Assembly (NCBI GenBank): GCA_051362555.1
Contig: CM120640.1
Span: 8,184,001-8,248,000, forward strand
Length of the DNA stretch: 64,000 nt
DNA from: Lingula anatina
Lineage: Eukaryota; Animalia; Brachiopoda
Reading direction: 5' to 3'
Shown here piece by piece: positions 12,761-25,299 of the stretch. A model generated the notes under the pieces. That model was not told the origin of the DNA. It worked only from the letters and a program-made list of their open reading frames with translations, and ran no database searches. Every line of letters begins with the position of its first letter. The stretch's first letter is position 1. Both the position numbers and the translations under genes were made by a program.

Positions 12761-15700
12761 TTCTCTCGCCAGCCCCTGATTGGCAGTTATTACAAGTACC
12801 TCGATGTATTTTTCCCTTGCACGTGGAACTGGCCGGTACAAGATGCTACTTAAGCTCGAAAAATGACGACAGATGTACCAGCTAGTCGTTATGAAGAAAC
12901 TCCCAAAGTTTCAGTTTCGATGATTGTCCCTATAGTAATATTCGTTTGAGATCAATTCTAGGGACGAGAGCAATGGGTTGACATGGAAATATGCCAGAAT
13001 AGAAATTGAGAATGGTTGATAAACAATATTTCGTTAGTTATATAAACAAAGTTTTTTTATTGAAAATGAACAAGATTTTTCTAAGCCTCTAGAAACTATT
13101 ATTAATTTTTTTTTTTTGGGGATCTAAACCTTTTTCTGGGGGCTGGCAAGCTTTGAACTGAGATGGCAAATATGTTCTATTACGTCATGCAATGCATGCA
13201 ATCTTTCAACCCAAACACGCATACTGTATAAACACATCATAACTTTGACAAGGACAAATTCGTTTCATTTTTGCGTGGATTTACAGTGTAAGCATCAATC
13301 ACGGGTATCCATTGTAGCTTGCACAAAAATATTAACTTTTTAATGTACTTGTCTTCTTTGTAGATAAAAATGCACCTTTAAATAGAAATCAACTTACATT
13401 AAACTTGATCAATTAGAAACAAAATTCATGTTGAGGCATATTTAAAACATTTTCTTATTCACCAACAGTAAGTTTTTGTGCTTTAAATTATCATTTTCTG
13501 TCCCAACGGTCTGCCTCCCAATAGGTTCCAACCCAACAGCCCCACCCCTCTTCCATTACTTTATGGTGTAAAAGAGTAAAAAGTGATTATAACTGGGTCA
13601 TACCAAATCGTCTGCATTCCATTTATAGATGGTTGAGTTCATGAAGCAGCAGCACTACAGTGTTGGAGATCTTTGTATTGGAAATAAAAAAGATTTTGAC
13701 TTATATATTTTGACTTTGACTTATTTAATTTTAACTTTCATCCCTTGAACAAAAGGAACTCCTTACATTGTCTTATACGGGGAGAAGAATATCCCGATCA
13801 ATTTCAGGCACAGAAGAGACTGTAACACAGCCACTTTATGTAACATAGCCTGAATCAATGTTGCTGCCAACTGGGTATTGCAATACATGTGAAAAACAAA
13901 ATAATACAACAAAGGGATTATAAATCTAATTTGTCTTTTTAACATAACAAGTTTTCATAATAATGCATTTTCCTCCTGGTGCCACCAGCGAAGAGGGCAA
14001 AGAATGAAAGCAATCTATATACCAGCTTCTAAACCAGCCTTCGATCATATTTAGAGCCTGTCAAGTCGTTTCCTCTCGTACAAGCGACCATTTTTTAGAG
14101 GTTCGAGGGAGTGTTGTGGCCTTTTGCACCGGGTGAGTCTTAATGAGGGCTCCTGTCTAACTGACATTGGCAGCGGTTGACAGTGGCACACTTCGCCTCT
14201 CACAATCCGAGAAGCACGACGCCGATATGGGACGTCAAATCCATCAGCAAACAATTCATTAGAATGTTATGCAGATCAAAGTTGATGCCAGATATCCTAA
14301 GAAAAATGATGAAACTGAGTAGAGGTGACAGTGAGTAAAAAGTGTATCACTGTTGACAGAATGGGAACTTTTGACGTTTAAAAAAGAAAGGAAGCACTGC
14401 GCAGAAAATTGTTCTAAACATTTTCTCATAGTTCAAAAATTGACTCTGTATTTGAACGCAATCTATTATTATATTTGAAGGGGTCAGCTCCTTTGTGGAT
14501 CCACATCTGTTACAGATTTGCCCAAAAGTATTTTGTTAGAAATCAAGCGAGGGGGGATCTAGCGAGAGAGTGCAATATTAAAGACTTATGACAACTTCAC
14601 TGGGATTTTAGAACATATTCGGCATGCAATGAATTTTGCTTTCTTCATGACTTTGGCTTCCTGTAGTTATCGAAGACTACGCTGGCCCCATCAGCTCTCC
14701 CCGTGACGATGCAGTTCTTATTTCTATGCGCTGAGTCAAAGAGAAAAAGAGTAAAATTTCTTTTATTTTAGCCGTTATTAGACAGCATGCTTCAATATGG
14801 TTACCCCCACGAAGGACCATTTTCCCCCAATAAAAGCATCCACCCACATAGTTTTTTATTCCTGCTCTGTCCCATTGTTCTTTATATTCAGGTTTCCTAT
14901 ACATCATCGCTAAATCACTTTGAAGCTTAAATCTCCATTTCAACGAGACCAAACGATGAATTGGCAAAAAAGGTAATCGCGGAAAATCATTGCAATGGAA
15001 CACTGACTCATGTTCGCGATGTTATTGAAGATAAGGCCACATGGTTTACAGACAACGTGCAAGCTAAAGTGTGGGGAAATCCACACCTTTGGAAATATAC
15101 GAAATGTTTATTACCCGAAACACAGAAAACGACCATTTTATCTGATCTCTTGTGATATCAAGATTTCAGCGAATGGTTCGAATTACTCAGCCCGTGTCTT
15201 TAAGTCCGTCGCCATTTAACTTGAGATGGGATCTGCACTTAACGATATGATTCCTGCATAGCTGCGCGTTTGTACAGCTGTTACATTTAAGGTGGTCATA
15301 GTTAGTTACAGATCCCATTATTCATAATTAGTTGGAAATTAATACATCACCCGTGCAATAATGCATCTTTCACTGCTAAATGGCATGGAGTAAAACGAGG
15401 CACAGGTGACCGACACTACACAGAGACACGATCAGTAAGAGCACTTTAATCCAGCAACAGTTTACACTTGTTAAGTGGTTCAACTGATACCTGAGCACCG
15501 TTCGGGACCAATACAAGCTCAGGCAGCAGATAAACAGATTGATTGCACTGCCTCAGGAGTCGCATTATTGAACATATAATACTATAAATGCTGCAGAATC
15601 GAATACTAACTTGTCAGTCACTGGTAAGAACAAAGCGCACACCAGGGTCGGACAGCAGTCTTGCCAAGTGTAAATGCAGCGTTAGTCTTTAAAGCGGGGC

Positions 15701-16753
15701 CTTGTTAGGAAACTGATCACATCTAACGCATTATTTTGCATGGACAATCGCTATGAACTGGAAAAATGGTTAAGGTGGCCAATTAACTTAAGTGCAACTA
15801 TTCCTGTCGTGTGGCGGCGAGTAAGAATAACTGATAATAAATAACTGTGATCAAATTTATAAAAACGTCTAGGGGTTTACTTCATGTTTTTTCGGAATAA
15901 ACTTTCTGCGTTCGATGGGAGGCAAAGTAGGAGTTATCGAAATGCAATTCTGAAAAAAAAAACATTTTTTGGGTGTGGGACCTTTGGTGAATAAAATAAC
16001 ATAATTAGAAATTATGCAGAATTTTGGTTACGGTCTCTATATTTTGGTGTTAATTATTGGGTGTTGAACTTTTTGATAACTATTTGTATGATTGTTCTAA
16101 GGTAATGTGTATGTAGGCCCTATGTGCTAATGTATTTTGACGTAATATCAAAATATTATGAACAACCACAATCTACATATACTTATTAAGAACAATTCCT
16201 ACAACAGTCTTTACAAAAGAAAAAAGATTACACATATTATCATCGTTTCCCTTCTTTCATGAGACTGAATTTGGATTTTACACAACTAACACACTGAAAA
16301 AGGCGGATGTGCATTTTGGATACAGCACAATCACCAGATATGCCCAGACGTTAATATAGTAATTCTGAGTTAAAAAAAACACAGGGCAGGTCCTATGGAA
16401 ATAATCTGAGATAGCTCAAAGTCTCTTAACTTGGCCTAAAACTCAAGTGAGATTTCACGGGATTTGGTGGACAGTGGAGTCAGAATAATGCAGTACAGCA
16501 AATATATTAAAAGCTTGTAGAATTTCCGGAAATGACAAATTTTACCATTTGTTGTTTGACATGAAAGGTCCCCAGGCGCCAGCCAATTTGAATGTTGAAC
16601 TCGAGAAGAAAATTACAGGCGCAAAAATGAACGCGTTTCAGACATTTCCCTTAACGCACGACGTCCACCTTAGCCTTTGCATTTCTTTGAACTTCTGCAA
16701 CCAAACAAAAGTCACCGGCTTCGCTGGTCATGATAGGTCAATAAAGACACACA

Positions 16754-16755
<2 letters not shown>

Positions 16756-16803
<48 letters not shown>
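16756..16803. repeat. (AAT)n microsatellite
   Basis: Uninterrupted trinucleotide run. Confidence 0.95.
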
Positions 16804-16805
<2 letters not shown>

Positions 16806-17880
16806 TGTATATATAAAATGTATATTAGACATTCGTTAATGTTCGAGCTCTTTAAAGTGAAATATAAAACCATGAATGTTTAAGATGTTAAAAGAAATAT
16901 ATTAATTTATATTTCAAAAGACAATTGAATTAAAATAAATAGTTAAAATAATGAGCAGCTGAAGTGTAAAAGTTCTTCCAAAAAAGATAACTGTTTTTTT
17001 AATGTTCAAAGTCACTTGTTACTAGATGGATTTTTTAAAATAAAAGCTGGATGACAAAAGAAACTTATTGTGTTCCCCAATGGTAGTTCATGTCCAGTTA
17101 TTTTACTGCATAGACAATACTATTCAATTTCCATTTATACAACTGAGTTGCGACACCAAACCATTTGATTGAAGTAAATTTTAAAATGCCCTCTACTGAA
17201 GCTCTGTAAAAGTTGATTAAATACTTGACGTGTTTGTAAAAACTTTAAGCTTTCTTAATAAATAAATCCTCACCAGAATTCGTGTGTTAATTTGTTGCTC
17301 ATGTAGACCCCTAGATATTTAAACTTCACTTTGCACCTCAACACTTTGCACTTCAGTGATTTTAATGGACTTCGGTAACTTAATAGTTTAGTTCTTTCAA
17401 CACTAACTCGTTTTATAATCAAATCGTTTGCAAATCAAATCGATGTAATTACCTCTTTGTAGGTAGGTCATCATTCTGGCTCATAAGACCAACTAGTGTG
17501 GTATCATCCGCATATTTCATCAAATTAAAAATGTGAACATTGTACACAATCACGGGTTAAAGAGATAGAAGGCCTGATAATTACGCTCTCTCAAGGACTT
17601 CTGGTGTTTAAAATTGTTTACAATAGATGTATTACCTTTATTTCACCTTCTTTCCCTTCAGCAGACGTATTTCAAGTATCATGATAACCGTGTTACAGTG
17701 CTACATTTACACATTAAAGCTAGTGTATCTATGCATCTCATAAAGGTCACGTGGTAAGCACAGCAAACACGGAGAGATATCCCCTCAGTTTTGCAAGACT
17801 TATCGGAAAAAAGGGCGCTTACCGGTAGTTTTTGCTTGTTCAAGTTTTTCTATTACTTCATTGGTCATTCTTTGCTAAGG

Positions 17881-17928
<48 letters not shown>
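17881..17928. repeat. (ATA)n microsatellite, probably the distal part of the LINE 3' tail split by a HINE insertion
   Basis: Uninterrupted run; the same repeat resumes at 18757-18776 on the other side of the inserted element. Confidence 0.9.
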
Positions 17929-17930
<2 letters not shown>

Positions 17931-18759
17931 TAGACTGAAACTGGCTTAAGCCAGTGACGAGGATTCCCCTGTAAAATAGGCGTGGAAATGCTCTTACAAG
18001 GTCATGTGAAGGTCACTGGTTAAATTTGACCCCATATTCTGAAAGAGCATGTGCGAATTGGGGGGGGGGGGAGGTCAACAAAACATCTCTTTTAGCTCAC
18101 TTCAATATTTCTCCATGAAATAGCCGAATGACCTTGAAAATGAGGGTCAAGGTCAAATTTGACATTTGATTTGGGGGTTTTGGGTATATGTTTGGGGTAG
18201 TTTACTATAGCATGCTATGACCAAAAACCAGTGTTTCATGGAGAAACTGCCAAACTCAAGATTTCTGCAATGTCATAAATATTTAAAAACCTATATTAAA
18301 AAAGTAATTAAGCAGTCGCTACCAAAGTATGGCTAACCTTAGATATATATATATATAGGGCATCATTTGCCACTATGATTGGGGCTCTGGGACTACCAGT
18401 TTCTGAGATCTCGGAGACGAACCTTTTTTGAGCCCGTTTGGCCATTAGCGACCTTGACCTACTTGCATAAAAGTAGGTCATTATATGTGGATTTACCTCA
18501 GTATTACTGACCATAAGGCCCATAGCCATACAGCTTATACTTAAGGCCTAATGTCAATTTCAAATTTTACAAATTTTGCCTTTAAAAGCCCCTGTGACCT
18601 TGAAAATTAGGTCAAGGTCACTGAAACTGGGTCTGTGGCATATTCTCGCCATAGGCTACCTATGATAATTATATCAGATTTTTTGCAAAAAAAAACGCGT
18701 AGAAAGAATAATAATAATACTACCAAAAACAATAGTATTCCCCTATGGGGAATCCTAAT
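17929..18759 (-). mobile_element. Non-autonomous Helentron-type element (HINE/DINE-1-like architecture)
   Basis: Subterminal inverted repeats AGGATTCCCC (17960-17969) and GGGGAATCCT (18747-18756); palindrome ATTCCCC-TAT-GGGGAAT at one end next to a short (AAT)n; stem-loop ACTGGCTTAAGCCAGT (17940-17955) and CTAG terminus at the other; core rich in TGACCTTG/CAAGGTCA motifs. Confidence 0.8.
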
Positions 18760-19262
18760 AATAATAATAATAATAAAGGTTTATTGTGTTCTTTGCAATA
18801 TATAAGACATATATTGAATGTATATGTATAAAAGTATAAAGATGTAGTATTAAAATAGAGCTTTAAGATAAATTCTAAATTATAAAAACAATAATGAGGT
18901 TAAAAATGGTGATTCGTTGTTCTTTTCAAAAGCTAAAAGTTCATGGATAGACCTTGATCATTGACACGTATATACAGTGTGGGATAAAAGTGTTTCTATA
19001 TCTTTTTGTCTGACATTTTGGTAAAACATATCTATAAACATTCCTTAGGTCCTTTTCTATGACACGAGTGTTAGGTAAAAGATGGTTTAATCTATGTGTA
19101 CACAGTTTTATCTCATTAAATAATTTTTTGCACAAGGCAGTACGCCGAGATTTCAAGGTAGGTAATTCAGTGATGTCCATTGCTTCGTTGTAAGTGAGTT
19201 CAGGGTATATAATATGAAGAGCCCTTATTTTGGATGTTCTCTAATGCTTTAGATTGCTGTGC
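18757..19262 (-). mobile_element. 5'-truncated LINE (CR1/L2-group-like) 3' fragment: ORF2 C-terminus, 3' UTR and tandem-repeat tail
   Basis: The minus strand reads ALENIQ(frameshift)RALHIIYPELTYNEAMDITELPTLKSRRTALCKKLF...HRLNHLLP...LR..Y.LPKCQTKRYRNTFIP, the typical post-RT C-terminal region of these LINEs, followed by AATAAA and a (TAT)n tail. Confidence 0.8.
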
Positions 19263-20757
19263 GGTTGCGTGAAAAAATATTATATGGTTTGAAGCATCGT
19301 TACTTAGTTTTTTTCAATGAGTGATATTGGGGGGGGGAGCCAGATTTACCTGTTGTATGCAGTCTAATGAATCAGAACAACTTGTTTCAGCATATATATA
19401 TTACATGAATGATTTTTTTCTATTGAAACATGTCTTGTTCTGTAAAAGGGAGTTATATGTTAAATACTTGTGCTGTGGCACAAGTAAATTGGAAAGAAAC
19501 TGTATATTTTAAAATCTTACAGAAGAGGGAGAGGGGTGGTGTATTACGGTATTTTCTCAAAGACATCACTGCTTTCACTCTACAGTATAAAAGTCTTGTA
19601 ACTAGGACAACTTGTTTCAGCATATCTATTCATTTTATGTAACTTTTCTTTAAGACCAGCATTTGTTGGTCTAAATAATTGTATTGATGACCAATATACA
19701 TTTTGTACAAGGTTCTGTAAAAAAATGCTGAAAGCAAAATGCTGTTACAGTAGCAAAAAATATCATTTGTAAAAGCACTCTAAATAGCTGCATGTATTTG
19801 GAATCTTCCCAATAACCATAAAATAAGCAAGATATAAACTGACCCAAAATAATGATAAGGTAAAAGTAAAAACTGAATGAAAATAAAGTATACATAGTAA
19901 CAGTTATGGCCAATAATCTGTATGACAATGATATCAAATAATAAAAAAGTATTTCATATGATTATAAGTGTGATATAGACCTTGTATAGCACTGCAATAG
20001 TTACATTATACAAAATATACAAATATGAGAATAAAAAATGTATTTAAAAATCATCACTTTCGATCTCACTAATACTGTCACCACTTGATTTTGGTAAATA
20101 TGAGGCATCTAAACAGCCTTTTCCACAACATAATTTTTGACTGTATCCCTGCTTCATGGCAAACCCCATTTACCACAGGACTGAAAGTGATATGTGCACA
20201 ACTTCCAACTGTCCAACACCTACTTAACACTGACAGTACCAGCCACTGATGGATCTGGTATTGCTACGGGAGGTCTGAATCCATAGTCAGTACCAGTGGC
20301 TATAGCAATTAAGTCAATAGGTTTTCACTGATCTCCTTGACAACAGGAGCCATTCCTAGCATTTTGGCAAAAAAATCACAATGCTTTCACAAATAGTGCT
20401 GGTTTGGAAGGTTAAATCATGAGTAACAAAACTAGGGTGTTTGTGATGGAGCCCTTTATTTTATTTTGTATGCAAAATAAATGTACCGGGTATTTTTCTT
20501 TTTTGATAGCATGCATTACATGAAAATGAATTTTGTTTTTCTGCTTGCAACTGAAAATGTTTTACTAATTCTAACCCCTGCTTCCCTTTGAAACCCCTAC
20601 AATTTTTTTCAGAGTTGTTCTTTATGTAGAAAAGATACACTTTGTCTGTCTACCCATCCTAAGTAAGCATGTAGCAGCTACCTCATGGCAGGAATAAAAA
20701 TGGCTGCCTGCTAGCATATGGACTGAAAATGTCTACATAAGTTTGAGTAGATATCAA

Positions 20758-20850
20758 ACCCTTCCCTAAGACAAGCTGATTTTCAAATATATCTCACCTT
20801 ATATTCATGTCTCTTCAACCACGAATAATTAGCTTGTCTTAGGCAGGGGC
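20758..20850. mobile_element. Small palindromic MITE-like element
   Basis: CCCTTCCCTAAGACAAGCTGATT and AATTAGCTTGTCTTAGGCAGGGG are imperfect inverted repeats about 50 bp apart. Confidence 0.55.
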
Positions 20851-21396
20851 TCATATAAAAAATGAAGATCTTTTATCCTAAAAGCAATAAAAGCAATCAA
20901 AATATTGATCACAAGCAATGCTTGGCCACTAATTGATTCTTTTTCAAACTGGCACCCTCTGTACCCAATTACAAAATTTCACAGTTGTCACCTTACTACA
21001 ACTATAGGAATGTATCAATGTATTTCAGTACTCCCCTAAGACACACATTTGACAAGGTCATTTTGACATTACTTTTTATATTTCAAAATTTAAAAAAAAA
21101 TTTACAGTGAATCATAAAATTGTAAGAATTTAATTTTCTTTTGATATCAATTTTTTTTTTTTTATTCATTTACAATTTATTTTTCATGTAAAAAGGTGAG
21201 CACTTTTACACTCTTATCAGCGCTCAATGGAGTCATCCTTTGTGATGGAAAGGTGGGTTATCATTTTTTCAGTTGTTTTGCCGATTAGTATCAGTATGTT
21301 GGATCTAGGATCCTAGATTGTATGTTGAAGCTTATTATTTTCACTAACATGAAGTGAATTTTGTGCAAAAGTAAATAGGGTACAGTCCGACTCGGA

Positions 21397-23806
21397 TTAC
21401 TTCCTAGCTACAAGCACATACATATCCGTTGCATCAGAGAATTGTACTTCTGGTGTTTGGCAGCTATACCACTTTATATCCCTCAGTCCTGCCTTCTCCA
21501 CACCTTTGATGATGGTTTCCTTGCCTACACCAAGTGTCCTGAACCATACACCACCAATTTTGTATCTGGTTTCGTCGAGAACATTACCCAGAATGAGCAC
21601 TCCACCATCTTTCAAGAGTGATGAAACGTTTTTGATGACTTGTTCGAAATCGGTTCCATCTCCACATGCCTGTTCCAGACAAAAGAAGCTGGTGACGCAG
21701 TCGAATGGCTCACAAATCACAGGGTGAAGGGGGTTGTCCTTACGTACGTCGCATGCGTAAATGTCAGTCATTTTCTTGCGAAAGTTTTCTTTGTCGGTTT
21801 CCCACATGATCCTTGAAGTAGAAAAGAAACTGGCCGTAAGAATTTTTAAACGTTTTTTTTTTCAAGGTGGGATGTGAAGTACTTTAATTTGAAAGGATTA
21901 AGACATAAACTTTCATATTAGCAACAGATCGAGGCGTCTGATCCGAATTATATCGATTCTTACTCATCGCCCTCTAGTCCTGCAACGTGTTTAAAAGCTG
22001 GATCCCAGTCAAACACATCCATTTCACCATCTTTCCATTTTTGGAGGGCCTCTCTGTTGCTTGCTGTAAAATCACTGAATATCAGCTCATTGAACCAGTT
22101 GGCGGCACTAATATGATTATTAATTGATGGACCGCTGCCAAGGTCCAGTAGTCGTTTACCATGAATATGTCCTGTAATAAGATATGTATATAGTAAATTA
22201 ACATCGTTTTGGAAATTCAGTCTAATTATAAATGGTAAAGCGTATGGTTTCCATATGCATTTAACCTAAAGTAGGCCTTCCTTTCATTATTATTTAATTC
22301 CTTGGTAATCTAAAACAGAGTAAAGCGTTTTTTATGTAAAGAGGATAATAATTCTTTCTTACAGACCGTTCAGTGCATCTAGATCAAAATGACGAAAAGC
22401 GATGACGTATGCAAATGCCATATTATAATATAATGTGAATTCGACAAATTATTTGACTTGTCTGTTTTATTTCCCAATGTAATTGTGACGTTCGCTTTGT
22501 TGGAATATTTGATTCATTTTTATTTGCACCGTGTCTCTGCACATTTTTGTACCCTTTCCCCCAACTTCATAACTACGTACAATCCTATGGAATACTGAGA
22601 ACAATATTCTCCTGCATAGCTTATTTGGAACTAATAAACTATAGTTGCCGTTTGTGATCTCGAGTGCCGAATGATTACATGATTACTTGTCGCGAGCATC
22701 GCAAGGTAGCGGGAGTGCACCGTTACTGATTTGGCAAGCTTTTATCCGGGTTTCTCTCTGTTTACAAACAGTAAACATGTACTTTCAATATGGCAAAAGC
22801 AACAGCGGACTGCGCTTCCTAGCTTTCAGAGATTTCAGTCAAGAAAGACATTTTCTCTCTCCATTAAAACGAAAAGGATAGGATTTCTGATTTCCATACC
22901 AAGGCTTAGGCCTAAAGTTTCAAAACGTTTAAGTACACCAGCAGTGGCGGATTTAGAGGTGGGGGGCCCTGACCCTCCCCTCCCCCCCCTTCCTTCGATT
23001 TCTGGTTTCCTCTTGAAATTTGAATTTTGACTAGCTGAATCAAAGTTCTAAACCATACCAAATGGCACCGTTCCCCCTCTAAAATAACAATATTTTCGGG
23101 GCCCTTCAGCGGGCCCCAAACCCCACGCCAAGTGGGCACGGGTGGCGGTCGGCATCGCATCCGCGGACCCCCCCCCCCCCCCCCTTCAAATAATCCTGGA
23201 TCCGCCCCTGCACCAGTCTAGTCATATTTCTGTAAGACTGTGCAGACTGTTATAAATAATCTGCCTGGCTATGTATATCTGTTCCGCGCCATTCTGACTC
23301 AGAGCAACAGCGTGGTGACACACTGCTTCGCTCAGTTCAAGCACCCTAAAGCCGCTCACCTGTACATGCAAAATTTCAAAATCTACTTTGCAGCCGTTGG
23401 GGACCAGCCCAAAGATGCATATAACGAAACACAGCAGTGCTATAGACAAGGTACATGTAGTTGGTCAGTTGGTTCTGACATACCTGACTACACATTTCTC
23501 TGTTCACATACTCATGTGAGACAAAAGTTTAAAAAATCAATGCATTTTTACCAAGACATGCTCTATAAAATGAAATGTTCCATATTAAATGTCAAGTCTG
23601 TGTAAACAGTTCAATTACGCAATGCTATAAAACTGTAGCTGCACCTTAAAGGAGTAGTTTATTACTTTAACCACTATCAGACAATTTAGGAGAAGAGGGT
23701 TATCGTTTCTCAAGTCTTACCAAGGAAGTGTATGAGAAGACCTTCTCAAACATCTCCTTGGTCTACAGGGTAACTAACCCTATTTCTCTGTTACACAGTG
23801 TACCCC

Positions 23807-23853
<47 letters not shown>

Positions 23854-25058
23854 GAAACCAAACGACCCGTGAATATCTCAAGGACTTTACGTCATTGCCT
23901 TCGTTGATTTGATAGTTAACAGGCTAATACCAAAGGTAATGGATGGGTTTTGATTAGAAATTTTTGGTTAGGTCAGAAATGGGCTAACAAAGATTTTGGC
24001 AGCAACCCATTAATTAATTAGTCAATTAATTAACTGGTCAATTAAGAAATTGCAGCCTGCTTTCTTTGAGTGCTTTCTATTTTTTTATCATGATTTTGTA
24101 ACGTTGTGTCTTTTTAAAATTAACTTGTACCCAGTGAAAAATGTTATGGGATGCAGGTTTTTTGTAGAGTCATACTTCACACACCCTGAGCTTCAGAGCT
24201 AACTTGACACTAACCTTTTCACTGTAGCCTATCTCCATCGTGTCAAGTAACCTCTGACCAGATTCGAGTGCCCCCGCCGCCCGCCAATCAAATTTAAAGC
24301 CCGCACTCAATGACTCATTGAACGATCTAGCCAATGAACGCGAACGAGTCAAAGCGCGCTTTGTTCAAATCCGGACCAATCAAAGATAAGGCTGAATATC
24401 AGGGACTTGCCGTAACCTGTGGGCAGCACGCAAAATACATCATCCCTCAGTAGATAATGATGCAGGGCATCATACTGCTCTGGTTTCAATTCCGATATAC
24501 TCCATGCTTTCTTTGTGTACGGTTATGCACTCGGAACCACTCGGAACTACTCGGATGTCTCCGCACTCGACAATAACTATGTTGTTAGTATGGAGCTTGC
24601 GGAATCAGCCGAGGATTGCCGATTGACGATCAACCAATCAGCGTTTTCACCAAACTTTGGTGAAAAATTTTGAAACATGGATTCGATTGGCTTATATAAA
24701 ATAGGTCAAACTATTTTCGTCAGAGGTTACTTGACACGATGGAGATAGGCTACAGTGAAAAGGTTAGTGTCAAGTTAGCTCTGAAGCTCAGGGTGACTTC
24801 ACAAGACGGATAGGTATAAGTATTCAGGTCATGATCTTACCGTCGACTCTAAATGCATACAAAGATGACAGTGAGCATTGGCCTGTACCTACCCCTGCTG
24901 AAAATACCATGAAACACATTCCTTAGGGTTACGATATGGGGTAAATCACTTCCATAGTATTCCTTCAGATACGCTTGAGTATCGAACAGAGAATGGTAGT
25001 CCTCTCCGTCATGTAACACTTGCTCAGATTGAGCTTCACTGTCCTTGTTGGTAGACAT
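21397..25058 (-). CDS. NNMT/PNMT/INMT-family SAM-dependent N-methyltransferase; complement(join(21397..21811,21964..22171,24893..25058)), 262 aa
   Basis: Motifs: YHSLFDTQAYLKEYY (exon 1); GKRLLDLGSGP, FSDFTASNREALQKW, FDWDP (exon 2, absent from the ORF track); CDVRKDNPL, FDCVTSFFCLEQAC, LLKDGGVLIL (exon 3). Donors GTAGGT and GTAAGA and acceptors CAG and AAG are in matching phases 1 and 2. Length and 3-exon layout fit the family. Confidence 0.93.
22942..23210. mobile_element. MITE with CAG(T/G)GGCGGAT termini and 6-bp TSD (hAT Tip100-group-like ends), in methyltransferase intron 1
   Basis: Starts CAGTGGCGGATTTAG, ends CTGGATCCGCCCCTG; flanked by CACCAG at 22936-22941 and 23211-23216; G/C homopolymer-rich interior. 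Confidence 0.85.
23807..23851. repeat. (TTA)n microsatellite
   Basis: Uninterrupted trinucleotide run. Confidence 0.95.
24182..24795. mobile_element. 614-bp non-autonomous DNA transposon with perfect 77-bp TIRs and 8-bp TSD (hAT- or P-like)
   Basis: 24182-24258 is the exact reverse complement of 24719-24795 (CACCCTGAGCTTCAGAGC...AACCTCTGAC). ACTTCACA is duplicated at 24174-24181 and 24796-24803. Confidence 0.93.
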
Positions 25059-25299
25059 GTCGTATCCGGCTGTTGGCGCAAGGGCTCAAGTGCGCAGCCC
25101 CATCACGCATGGGGGGGTTCGTATTAAAAAACATCTAAGTAGTGGTTGCACTATAATTTTAAGTGGCTGAATTGATATGCTGGAATTTAAAAAAATTTCA
25201 TGGGTTTTGGGACAGTGCCCCTGCAAGATGTTTCAACTTATTGGAAAGTAAAATGATCCCTTTAGTTTTAAAAAAGCTCATAATGACCCATGATGAAAA

